From Eukaryota sp. TZLM1-RC (taxonomy: Eukaryota > Protista > Metamonada: BaSk clade): DNA of 64,000 bases. Shown here in pieces: positions 38,068-50,730 of the stretch. The position numbers and the translations under genes are program-made. Location: positions 3,038,001-3,102,000 of the forward strand of contig JAUPSS010000002.1 of assembly GCA_040285825.1 (NCBI GenBank). Reading direction: 5' to 3'. Each line of letters starts with the position of its first letter. Position 1 is the stretch's first letter. The notes under the pieces are model-generated. The model worked only from the letters and a program-made list of their open reading frames with translations, did not search any database and had not been told where the DNA came from.

Positions 38068-40648
38068 ATGTCTGACCGTGGACGTGGAAGAGGTCGTGGC
38101 GGCGATAGAGGCCGTGGACGTGGTGACAGAGGAGGCCGTGGACGTGGCGGCGATAGAGGACGTGGGGGACGTGGACGCGGTGGTGGCCCTGGACAACGTT
38201 TGTTTGATATAATCTCTAACCTTAGCTAAAGATATCGGTGCCGATTTCCTCCGCGGCATTGCCAATAGCCGTTCTGTTGGACAGGGACAGCTCATGTCCA
38301 ATTTCCATCGCATTAACATCTCATCGGAAAAGACTCTCTATGTTTATGCCCCATCCTTCCCTGCTGAAGTTAACCAGGATCGCCCTCGCAGAAGATTGAT
38401 CAGTTCTATGTGGCTCAAAGCTTTCGGTTCTCGTGATGACATCCCTTACGACGACATTGTATTCGATGGCAATCTCATCTATGCGCTTAGAGAAATTCCA
38501 GAATTTGACAACATGGCATATGATGTAAGTTACCAGATTCAAAGACAAGAACACACATGGAATATGGATATTACCCCCATTCGTCAAGTAGCAAACCGAG
38601 ACTGTACCTCCATGGACAACGCCCAAGAATTAGAGCAACTTCATGCCTCACTATTAAAGTTTGCTTTGCGTAATTCCGATTTGTTAGATTTCCGCGGCAA
38701 TTTCTACGACCGTACTCCACGCCAACACCCCCTATCTGGAGATTTCGACATTCTTCCCGGCTGGATTCCTCGTATTCTCTGGAGAGAATGTGGCTGGGTG
38801 TTAGAAGTTAACACTCATAATAAGTGTCTCAGTAAGAAGAATATGTTGACAGAAATCAATGAATTTAGAAATCAATTTAGGGGATCAGAAGAAGAGTTCA
38901 AAAGAGAAGCCTCTGATATGGTTGCTACAGGAAACTTCTGGTTGTCCCATACCAGAAAGTTTGTCTCCTTTGATGGTATCGACTGGGACATGTCTCCTCG
39001 CAATACTTTTGATAAGAATGGCAAGCCTACTTCATTTGCTGCTTACTTTAAGGAAATGTATAAGGTTAATCTTGATCCCAATCAACCAATGGCTTTTATT
39101 AGCCCTCCTGGTCGTGACACCACGTACTTCCCTCTTGAACTCCTACGTAAGGGAGGAAATTTCCCTGCTGAATTACTTGAGATTATTACCCAACTTACTC
39201 AGACTCTCCCTGGGGAAACTGTCCAACGTGTTGAGCAATTTTTTGAGAGCATGAACAAGAAAGTTTCTCGCAACAATCAGCCTCTTTTATCTCCCAATCA
39301 ATTCCTCAAGCGCTGGGGTATTGAGATTCCCACTGATTCAAAGACATCTATGATTGTTTTAAATTCTATGAAGCTTCAAAAATTCAATATTGATATTGGT
39401 TCTGAAAAGCTTACCAATGATCCGCACAGTTTCAAACCTCCTGCACTAAAGAATCTTAGAATCCCCAATCCACAGGTTCCCAGAAGCTGGATCTTTGTTT
39501 ATCATGATGCGTGCTCTCGATATGCTGAAAACATTCTTGAAACTATCAAAAGACAAATGAAAACCTATGTGGGAAAGAATGTTCCCAATCCCATTGTTCT
39601 CAAAGTTCCCGGCAGAAGCAGATTTGAAAAAATCATTGATAATGCATTGAGAGGAAAAGCTCCTCCTTCTTTGATTTTCGCTTGTGCTGTTGATCAAGAT
39701 TCTGGTACTTATGATGGTTTTAAGAATTACTGTTCTCCCAGAGGTATTGTAACTCAGTATATGGCCGCCTCAAAGCTACAAGGGAAGCCAGATATGGTAA
39801 TTGCCAGCAACTTGGTATTCCAAACCCAAGCAAAATTGGGTGCCACTCTCTGGAATGTGGAACTCTCTCCCAAATTATTCGGTCCCAATGGTAGCTTCCC
39901 CACTTTGGTTCTAGGTATGGATGTCTTCCATCAAGCAAAGAAGAACTCTTGTCTTGCTTTGGTTGGTATGTTCGCCCATCAAAACCGCCTTCGGTTTTTC
40001 TCCAAAACTCAAGAGCTCGAACCTCGTCAAGAAATTTCTGATTTCGTTGCTCCCATGGTCCAGGAATGCTTACAATTCTTTGCTCAGAACAAAGCCCCCA
40101 AACCTCAATCTATTATCTTCTACCGTGATGGTGTTGGTGAGCATCAATTTGATCTTGTCCGTAAGCGTGAGCTGGATCCTGTCAAGCAGGTGATTTCTAA
40201 AAACGTTCCTAACACTCCTCTGGTTTTCTGCATTGTCCAAAAGAGAATTAACACCAAGTTCTTTGATCCTAGCTCCCGTGACTTCAATTTAATTCCTGGA
40301 ACTGTCATCAATAACACTGTTACCCGTGACTCAAAGCTATATCCCACTGATTTCTATATTCAATCGCATGAAACAAAGGTAGGAACGTCTACCCCTGTAC
40401 ATATTGATATTTTACACAATGGTTTACCTCCTCAAGCTCAAGTCACTCCCCAGGATATTTGCAATGTCACTTATGCCTTGTCTCATATGTATTACAACCA
40501 GGCTTCTGGTATCAAGGTCCCTTCTGTTTGCCATTATGCCCATTGCCTTGCCATGTTCATTGGTGAACATTCACTTGCTCCTGCAAATGCCCAACGTAAA
40601 CTCATGCCGATTCCTCGTCAATTGTGGGATAAGCTTCATTTCATTTAG
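38068..40648 (+). CDS. piwi: PIWI-clade Argonaute, 850 aa; join(38068..38197,38226..40648)
   Basis: RG/RGG-rich exon 1 joins in frame through the 28-nt intron GTTTG...CTAACCTTAG. PAZ (SFAAYFKEMY, DPNQPM, FPLELL), MID (YDGFK, TQ, KLG) and PIWI domain with GMDVFH, RQEI, YRDGV and YAH; C-terminus DKLHFI. Confidence 0.95.
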
Positions 40649-42730
40649 TTTTTTTATGGGTTTGAAATAAATGCTTCATTTTGTTTGCTTTTTTTGTGTT
40701 TCAATTAATTTGGTTCATCTTTTTACTTTCAATTATTATGGTACAAATGGCGTTTGGTGGTGATTATCACGTAGAGAACTTACTTTTACCGCTACCACGG
40801 AATAATTCCTTATTCAAAAGGAAACCACTCGTGGCAAGCTGTGTTTTTTAAGATTTCCAAAATCTCATATTCATATCAAAAGCTGGATTGATGGATCAAA
40901 AATTGTACTTTAAAGGTTTCTCCTTTAATCAGTTCGTTAAATGGTGGTATTCATTCAAGCACTCCTCAATGTACTCACTAACTGTGGAAGTGTCGAACAA
41001 TAATTACAACTCAGCACTTTGTTTCTCAACATAGTAATGGGTAATCAAATGGTTGAAAAATTCAAAGTAATTGTAACGAATCCAACAGTTAAAGCAAAAT
41101 TTTGGACTTGATTCGTTTTTGAAATCATCACCAAAGTTGGTCAAAATTGACTCATGGTTGCAACAGTACCACACTGTTTATGAATATATTGTGATGAGGG
41201 GTGAATAAAAAACGATGATTTATAGTGGTTATCACAGATAACTTCCATCACTTATCAGAAGACACACAGAAACTACAATTTTATTTCATGAAGATTTACT
41301 GGAAGCATTTTCTAAATACTAAAACAAAAAAAATGATACGTTGATCAAAAACCAGGTACATCAATCTTATGCAAATTCTGTTCAAAAATTCCATTGGCCA
41401 CATAGAATTGATTAGGACAAATTTTGAAAAACTATCCTTCAAACGTAAATCTTGACAAGCTGCCTTGCTGTCTGTTTGAACCGCTTCAGACTTTGCCATC
41501 TGTATTTCATTATTTATTTAATGGAATACGAGAAATATGATGTTGTCCATTTGGGTCATAGACTGCTGATTTTGGCTTATTTTTAAGGATGTTGAACCAA
41601 ACAATGATCAAAATTTTCAACCTATTGCGCTCACACCAGCATGTTTACCTAAAATTCTTACTACTTATTTGTCAAAAAATGCCGTAAATCATATAATTGT
41701 AATTGGTTTGTATGCACACATAATTTACAGTGACAGAAATTTATTAGTTTGAATGAACGAAAAAATATTAATACAAACAAACTAGATTTTCAATAACTAA
41801 TTACGTCATCATACACATCATTTTAAATAGAAAACAGCTACAACCAATTACAGATAGATTTCAACAGTTTACCACACACTTGATTTTGAAACAAAGAACT
41901 AAGTATTGGATGAACTCGTGAACTAGTGACATCAATTTGATTGAAAGGTTGCAACAAGTTGTAGTGAGTGAGATAAACTTGACCTATTTTATTATTCTGT
42001 TTATATGTTGGCTCATAGCCATAATATAGTAGATTCACTGTTATCAAATGATGCAACAATATCAGTAGATCAATTAGGTTCTTGTGCTTTCCCTTCTCTC
42101 AATAATTGCATTTTCCGAATTTCTGATATAAATTTGTTATGCATGCGACCTTCTTTGTATAACCCTTCAGGCGTGAACACTGCATCCTCCAATCAACTGA
42201 TCAATCTTTCACGCATAAAAAGTCAACACCACAGACAACTCTCGCATAAATAGAATTTTGAATGAATTGATGATGAGGCACAATGCATTATCACCAAAAT
42301 TCAAGCTCATCAATCACACCTTTAAATTTCAACCTTCTCATCTTGGAATACCGGAATTTTTGGAATAATGGACTTCGAAGTTATGGTGGGATATTTAAGC
42401 GGTGTGATACTGGTTTCAATTGCACCCCTTTGGTGCCTCATGGAGCAAACCTGCTTTGTGTTTCGGTGCAATAAATTAAATTACTTAACTTTTATCTTTT
42501 TCACTTTTACTTTTCTGGAGTTTTGATGTCAGGGGGATTGATTTGTGTGCTAGTAGATTGTTCTCAAACTGAGTATTTCATTTTCTGTTATGATATGGAG
42601 GCGACAGCATCAACAAATTGATGCTGCAGATGTCAAAACCATAAAGAAAAATTGAAGGTATTTATCTCTGGTTTTCATACAGGACATCACTAGTGAAGTC
42701 TACTCAATGTACTTGACTAATTGTCCACAA

Positions 42731-45700
42731 TAACTTCCTTTACTCAACGGTAATATTTATGGTAATTAGATTATTTGCGTTTTATATCATTCACAGTTCA
42801 TGTTTACCTGCTATAGAAAAATACTTGACTTTGTTGCAACTTTCTATTTTTCAAAATTGATAATGGCATTTGTAGCATTGAGTTTTATTTGTAAATAAGA
42901 ACCGTCACTGAAATTCCAGCAAAATAGTCTCCACAAAGGCAACGGCCACCATGATGTAACTGATTGTGGTGACTTCAAGTAGTACGAATGGGCTTCTCTA
43001 AACAATTCGAATGTTGTTTTACTCATGTTGGTGTTAAACAGCGGTGTTTGACGAAAATTGGGAAATTAGCGATACTACACTATATTTACTTCCATTAGCT
43101 CTACAGTACAAAATTCATGAGGAACGATGAAAGAACTGAAATGTTGCAAATAAGTGGCATCGTCATGATTGAAAGATAGATTTCACAGATTGTGTGTTGT
43201 TTATTAAATTTCGTCATTGAAACAATCTGTTTCATCAAATTGATCTATTTCAATACACTATACAACAAACTTAAAATTCTAAATCTTTGTATCCCCAATC
43301 AACCAAACATAATTGACTGGAAATATTCCTCTCCTAAAACAGACCAACAGATAACAAAGCAGAAAATAATAAGGGATCAAGACCATCAACAATTTAAATA
43401 ACTATTCTGTTCTGTCAAATAACCTTATCAAAAACTCTGCTTGTACATTGTTTAAGATAGATTTATTCCTGGAACAGACACATTTTACAACTCAATGAAA
43501 AACCTTAGCTTATGCTTTTAGCTACTGAAACCCCATCAACTGAATGGCGGGAGATTTTCGCTATTCACATGGATATCAATTCATTTGTTATAAAACTCTG
43601 TAATGTTATTCATAATGGAGTTAATGAAACGCAAAAGGGTTTTCAATAATGAAAATACAATTCTGTTCTTCCAAATCAAGAAATTGAATGTACGGCAACT
43701 TTCCTTGAGAAGTGTTCTTAAATCATCTCAAAAATTGAAACCTTCAGTGCCAATCGTACCAAAAATTGAAATGACAATTGGGAAAATTTCATGTTTCTGC
43801 CTCTTGCTCCATTGAAAGGTTGTAGAAGGGCTTTGTTCTTTGATTTCGTGGAAGAAAACAGTGTATGTACACTGCTTTTTACTTTCAACAAATTCATTTA
43901 AGAACAAAAAAACAATAAGTCCAAAAGAGCCATGTAAGGAGAGACAATTTTTTGTTTAATGATAGTTGCTCCAGAAACAGGATAGTTAAGACCAATACAT
44001 GATTAACTGAATTGAGAGTCTTTCAAAAGTAAATGTTTCTAAACTTTAACACTTCACTAACCACACTCAAAACTTTTTTTTACAAAATTTTAATTTAATT
44101 CAAAACCTATAAATCAACATCTAAAAAATCCATCTCTCGCAGAACTAAAACACTAGATGCAACTCTCTCATAGTGAGATCCAAGAGAAAGCAAAGCATCA
44201 GAAACCATCTTCAAGATCCCCTTAAAAATAGAAAACACAATTCTATTTTGCCAAAACAATCTGTTGAAATTTCTGTTAGTTCTTCTCTTTACAATTATTT
44301 CAAAATCATCCCTAAAACGTAAAGCAGTTGGTGCAAGTGAACCAAAAAGGGAAAATACAAATGGATACAAATTGTATTTTGCATGCTGTAGACTGGCCAA
44401 TTTGGACAAAGGTTCATTGTATTTTTTGAGTTTAAAATTTTCAGCATTTGAAAGGGGATTATGAATTTCAGAATTAACTAGCCTTTCATTTGAGGCATTA
44501 CAAGGATCAACAGACATTACATCCAATAAAATGAAACTTCCATCTAATCCAGGTAATATAACATCACCTCTATTATTCTTATGAAAATCATCTTCAGCAT
44601 CAAACAGATTTGACAACAGAGGTTCCAAGAAGGATTCAATTCTATGGGATTTACACATACAATATAACTGGTCTCTTACAGCATCATGAACCTTGCTTCT
44701 AAAAGTAATAAAATGTTGACAATTTAACAAATGAGTAGTTGTAATTTCTCGAGAACATTTACAAATTAAATAATGAGGTAAATTATCAGGCCAGATAAAG
44801 GAACGAAATCTCATATTCAGAGTCCAAGCAGAATCGGATAAGAGAGTACCATAAACTTGTGGAATTGTTGTTACTAAGGCAGAAGAAGTACTGTCACACA
44901 TATCTTGTAAAAGATTTGCAAAAGCGGGATTCTGTTTCTTGGCCAAGCCAAGTCTAACATCAAAATCCAAGCTTTCAAAAATCTTTGACAATTTTTGTTG
45001 AAGCTTTTTACAGCAAAACTGTAAATTAAAAAGCGATCGGTTTGCAATTTCTTGAGTTGATTGGGGAAAACATTTGGTCCAAATTTGTGGTGGCAATTTT
45101 TCAAGTTCACAAGATAACTCATACAAATAGGGACTGCAATTGGGGACTAACAGATGAGAATCATCAGGAAATCTACGAGAAAATTCATAAATAAAATTTT
45201 TGCCACCACCCAAGAATGCTGATTGACACAAAATAGAAGACACTCAAAACTACTGGAACTTAACAATAATTTAAGACAACAGTGAAATTCACCGAATTAT
45301 TGCAGGTAGCAATGTGAAATGCTTGATGGTCATACCAAAAAGTCTTTGCTTCCTAAATTTCAAGTCACAATTTCAAATGAATTCCTTACAATGGATATAT
45401 GGTTTTCCTTAAATCTGTTGAATGCAGATTATTGAACTTCTCACAAGATTTCCACCTAATGCTCCCCCCTCTTTCGGTATTGAGGTTCTTACTGCTGCTT
45501 ACACTTGATCTTTCCTGTCGTTTACTGCACTCAGTAGTCACTAACGCATCTTTTTTGCTTCTTGATGGATTCCACTCCTTTATTTAGGATCTCCCCTCAT
45601 GGACTCTATTTTCAAAGTCTGCTCTACTCCCATCGTCCCGATTCTGCTTCTCGGGATGAGTTGACTGGGTACAGTCCCCGAATCAACTCTCTACACTTCC

Positions 45701-46417
45701 TTCTGTTGTCATTCGTCCATCAGTGCTCTGAACAATCAAGCATCATTTTCTGCTGAAGATTCTTCACGATCTCTCCTTGTCTGATCCCTCTGTTACCTTT
45801 GATCTTTGCTTGGTGATCAATTTAAAAATGCTGACCTTGACTTGCCTATTATTTGGATCAGTAATTGTTTCTCCATCGCTAGGACTCGAACCCTTGACCA
45901 GAGGTATGTATAATCTGAGAGATACACAGCTTAAATTTATATGAATTTTGTACTTTTGATTTTATTCAAAATACTGAATTTATCGCTTTACTACTGATTC
46001 ATCAACTTCACCAATATCAAAACTTTAGGTACAGTTGATTCTGATGGTAAAGTTATTAGTGGATGTGCTCATGGTGAACCTCTTATTACCCTTGTTAAAT
46101 CTAATGTTGATTTTGATGATGTAGTTGTTGGTTGTCAATCTCATTCTATTGTTGCTACTGATTCTACTATTGATTAAGAAGCTCTTCTTGTTCGTGATTC
46201 AACTGCTACTGATGGTCACTTTGAATTATTACATTTTGAGTCTCTACCAAATATTGAGAGTAATTCTCTTTATTTAGAGTCTCTATTTATAAATACACAA
46301 ACGACTCAGTAATCATCAATCATTCAGTTTTTAACTGTATGAGGTTGGTTGCGGTCAAGAAAGATCTGATTATGTGTGTCTGTATAGTCTACATGTTTTC
46401 AGATTTTTGCATGTTTT
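42731..46417. repeat. copy 2 of the ~2.5-kb duplicated block, interrupted by the LINE at 44075-45239
   Basis: Collinear with 3671-8319; lacks the MULE. Confidence 0.9.
44075..45239 (-). mobile_element. 5'-truncated RLE non-LTR retrotransposon
   Basis: 12-bp TSD ACACTCAAAACT (44063-44074, 45240-45251). The T-run at 44074-44081 is the A-tail. ORF has CKC...HLLNC, HDAVRDQL, RGDVI and LLDV. The empty site is at 7166-7177. Confidence 0.93.
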
Positions 46418-47299
46418 TTTTACAAGTTTCCTCCTAATATCCAGTCAGCGAAATTTTTGGACATTTTTCAAATGATTGATTGATCATTCAAGCAAAATAC
46501 ATAATTTCGACTGAGCAGACACTATATCAGCCTTACTCTATCTTCTGCAGGTCTTTCCGACAGTTTTTTGGTTTCCTTGTCAAGGAGCTCTATAGTTTCT
46601 CTCAGAGTCTCAGAGGTTAAAGGGACTTCTGGTAGCCGAACTATAGTTTTATTGAGGGTTTGTATGGACACACAATTTTCAACGTTGGGGTACATGAACG
46701 ATTTTGATCAGAGGGACTCTACGAAGTCAGTTGGCTCCTTTTCACTATCCTCTTTTGTCAATGTAGCGAGAAACGCTACTCACTGTTTGGATTTGACAGG
46801 AGGATTATTCTGTGGCAGCTTTGCCGTCTTCAAGGTTATATTCGCCGACGAATATTGGTTGGCAGGATGACCCTACGTATGAGTCAGAGCTGGAGTGGGG
46901 TTCTGTCCCCAACCTATTGAAGTGGGAGGGAAACAAGGATCTCTGCTCGTTTGCATTGGAATGCGATGAAGACCGAAACTTGTAGGATTATTATTACATG
47001 TTCGAAGTTTTATATGATGGATGGTTAGGAAGATCTTCCTTCAGAATATGTCTATATACCTCGGACATTTTTTTACCACTTTGGAATGCCGTTGATGATA
47101 TATTGTTGAAGTACCCAGGGAACACATTTTCTACATCTCCCGGAAAAAGCCTTTCTTTTAATAACTCTTTTTTTTGTTGGTTGTCTAGAAGTCTGAACCT
47201 CTGTGTTGTCCTGGTAGTTTTTGTCGAACTTTTCTCTCTCTTCGACCACCAGTCTGAAACTCTGGCAATATTGACCTTATAGCTGACTGGAAAATCCTG

Positions 47300-48676
47300 T
47301 AAAAATGCAATCTGAGATTCATATATTTTGAAAACAAACTTCCTAATAATTTCAAACATAGAAATAGCATAGTGATAACAAAGACATTAAATTATAAAGA
47401 TCCGAGAACAAGTAAACTACCTAGACCAACAGAATCGGATCTTTCTTGGACGTAACCAACTTCAAACAGACAAAAACTGAATTAAAGAAGATTACCCAGT
47501 CGTTTATATTTCAATAAACAAAGACTCTGAATAAGGAAAATTGCTCTCGATATTCCGTAGAGACTTGACACTTTTCTTTTTGGGTCTGATTATGGTTATT
47601 AGTACCCCTACTATTAACCATAATCAGACGCCATGACAGAATAATCAGACGCCCCAAATGTCCCATTACAAATGCTGGTGTTACACAAAAATTATTAATT
47701 ATCAAAGACTCTGAATAAGGAAAATTGCTGTCGATATTCCGTAGAGACTTGACACTTTTCTTTTCGTCTTTTTGGTTTTAATTTTTCTTTCAATTTTTGT
47801 GGGTTGTTAGTACCCGTACTAACAACGCTTATCACACCCCATGACAAACGCGTTCTTATCAAGTCATCAATTGTAGACAAACGGCCAATAAGTGAGGACT
47901 TTGACAATTGACAATTGAGATTTTCGTTTGTTTCAGTTTTTTTTGTTGTTGTTGACTGCGGTCTTATGTTGAGATGATCTCGTTTATATGTAACTCCCTG
48001 TTCTACGTATATTAACCTGACAGGTTGAGATTCAGATCTCATCTCAACGAGTTCTTGGTTAGAGGATGAGGGTTGGTTTTCATGAACCTCTCTGATCACC
48101 GTATAATCTCCACCAGGAGCACTTGTTTCCTCGTATATTCTGTCCAGACCTGGTCTAACCGGTTCTGAAGGAGGTGAACGTTCTCGGGTCCATTGATTTT
48201 ACCAGAGGAGTCTTGTCCATCTTCCTTGACCCCTAGTCACCGAATTCTGTAATCATCTATGTCAAGTGTGGCCTTTTGACCTATAAAATCGAATCTGTCT
48301 GTGCGAGGCTTGGATATGATGGACCTATTTGAAGAATCTAATCGGGATAGCCTTACTCTACGTCTATAAATGAAGAATCAATAGAATTAAGATCAACTAG
48401 GTCAAATTACTAGATATCTTTAGAGCATTCACTACTAATAAATTCAAGCGTACCCGAAATACCTTCTAAAAATGGAATTTGAGAATCATAAATTTTGAAA
48501 ACAAACTTCCTAATAATATCAAAAATAGAAATAGCATAGTGATAATAAACACATTAAATCATATGATCCGAGAACAAGTAAATTACCCTGACAATCGGAT
48601 CTTTCATGATCGTAACCAACATCAAAAAGTCAAAAACTTAATGAATGAAGATTACCCAGTCGTTTATGTAGTGACA
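47300..48676 (-). repeat. cluster of diverged direct repeats, probable LTR remnants
   Basis: 47300-47507 matches 48467-48667, and 47520-47637 matches 47704-47846. The units begin TGTCA on the minus strand. Confidence 0.55.
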
Positions 48677-48829
48677 TAAAAAGCCTGAGCTAAATACGGA
48701 GAATTTCTCTCCATATTTGATAGAGACTTTGACAATTGACATTTTTGTTTTTGTTTTTGTTTTTGTTTCAATTTTTCTTTTTCTTTTTGTGGTTTTTCTG
48801 CTCCACTAGTTTTTGCATTATGTTCAAGA

Positions 48830-49490
48830 AATTCCCAACCGATCATTGCCATCAGGTTTGTTACTTTTTCCAGGTTTAACTAATGCAACTGAATGGGCAG
48901 TACTCAGTTCAAGCGGAGGAGCATAATTCAAATACATTCAATTTTGAAAAAACGGCAAGATCCTCAGAAATTTCTGGAGCATTCTTACATGCAGTATTCA
49001 ACAAATTAAAGGAAATGCCTGAATGACCAGCAGCTTTTCTTTTTGGTAATTTAACAATGGCATTTAATACTTCTGGAGTTGGAAAAGGATTTTCGAGCCA
49101 ATATTGACAAATTGAAGGCTTACTGGGGCAAAAATTTTCAGTTAAAATGAAGGGCTTTCAGTTTTTCAACTGTGTCAAGATTATTATCTGCCAGTTTTCC
49201 CAAAAAATATTTTTTAAACCGCTTCCATATCTACCTCTCAGGAACAATTTTCTTGCTTGAAATGATGAATTAGCTTTTCTTTGTTTTGGTTTGTAATTAA
49301 TTGTCTTCTTATTCTTTTTGGCAAAGAATTTCCAAAATCTAGTAATGTTCCATTTTTTGGTTTCAATTGGGAGGAAAAAGAACGCATTTCCATAGACACT
49401 GGAACAGAACTGGTAGGACTTACTTCTACATGAATTTTAACAGGTGCACGAAGAGAATCACTTGTTTGACAATGAAAACAAAACAAGAGA
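48830..49490 (-). pseudogene. decayed N-terminal RT fragment of a CRE-like LINE
   Basis: VLNAIVKLPKRKAAGHSGISF parallels VIKKRPRGKSAGLSGITI in ORF 29240-30823. Confidence 0.7.
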
Positions 49491-50173
49491 GGGCGAACAT
49501 AATGGTTTAATCAGTATTTCAATTTAATCAATGTAATATCTATTTTTGGGTTTAATTTTCTCTTGTTTCCTTTCAGTTTGTAAACATGGGATCTTGGTAT
49601 TTGTGATTCAAAAGCAAAAAGTGATTCTATCATTTTGATTGATAATTTTGAGCTTAGCTTGACCACTGTTGGCCTGTAAATACATCTATTTCAGTTTCCC
49701 CTTTAATGTTCAAACATTTAGGCAGACTCTCACCTGTTTCTGTATGTTCAGTTGTTGTTTTCTAGATAAATTGTAAAATGTGGTCTTCTTTATCTAGGAC
49801 ATCACTAAGTGCCAGGTTTGACATTGTGAGTAATATTTTTCAATGAGAGGTAAGTGGAAGGCCTACCGCTGCTTTCCTGGTCTAAGTCTTCATTTGACAA
49901 ATTTTCACTAGACACAGCTGACATCAAACAATTTTCGAAGGATTTCTATTTCCTTCTACACATAAGACTTCACAGTATTCGATGTAATCGAAACGCTTCT
50001 GCACAGTAGTATATGAGATCTTGTGATCTGAACGAACTAGTTCACGCAATTGTATCACACTGTTGGTTGTATGTTGAATCAGTATGTGGTTAAACTGTTT
50101 GTTGAGTTGTCTGTTTATTAACATTGTTGTTGTTGAACTCAAATTGAATTAGTAGGTTTCTTTGTATTTCGAC

Positions 50174-50264
50174 TGATGACGTGATACTCATTTATGAATC
50201 AGTTTTATTAATAAACAACAGATTTCTCTCTCTCCTTCGTGTGTTCATCTGCCTAACGGCATCA
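50174..50264 (+). repeat. isolated short LTR (91 bp)
   Basis: TGATGACGTG...TATTAATAAA...CTGCCTAACGGCATCA, homologous to 53302-53399; no TSD seen. Confidence 0.7.
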
Positions 50265-50730
50265 ACATCACTTTATTTTGATGTCAAAGTAATAAATATA
50301 ATTCTTGATTTTATCTCACCTATCTATAATTGGAGTTCTACATCTACGTATTTGTCTTGTGATATTTTCAGACTTGTCATATGAACCATCATGACCCATC
50401 ATAACGATTTGTCCAACTGTTGACGCGACTGTGAAATCCGCCGTGGATAACGGGTCATTTTACGACGTTATTCAGATGGGAAATCGTCAACAAACATCAC
50501 AAATAAAATCACATTTTCAGCATTCCTAAACTTTTTTCCTACAATGAATATATCACCAATAGTACTTGGCATTGGTGAAACAGTTGCTGACATACACTCC
50601 CTTAAACAAGAAGTCTATATCGACTTCCTTCAGAATGACAAGGGCTTGACAGTATCGCAAAAAAAACAAAATCGTTGGGACATAGGTTGTAGTGCTGATA
50701 GATCATACAATTTCTACTGTGTACGTGATA

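Noticed and set aside
38068-40648. Prokaryotic Argonaute defence operon
   Set aside because: The spliceosomal intron, RG-rich N-terminus, eukaryotic neighbours and eukaryotic TEs all indicate a eukaryotic gene.
38062-40670. Short antisense or alternate-frame ORFs overlapping piwi and other genes
   Set aside because: These are shadow ORFs of real coding sequence; for example the TAS-rich ORF is the antisense of the RG repeat.
41300-42480. Possible RT remnant (NFQPIALTP near 41615-41640)
   Set aside because: One short motif in heavily decayed sequence; too weak to annotate.
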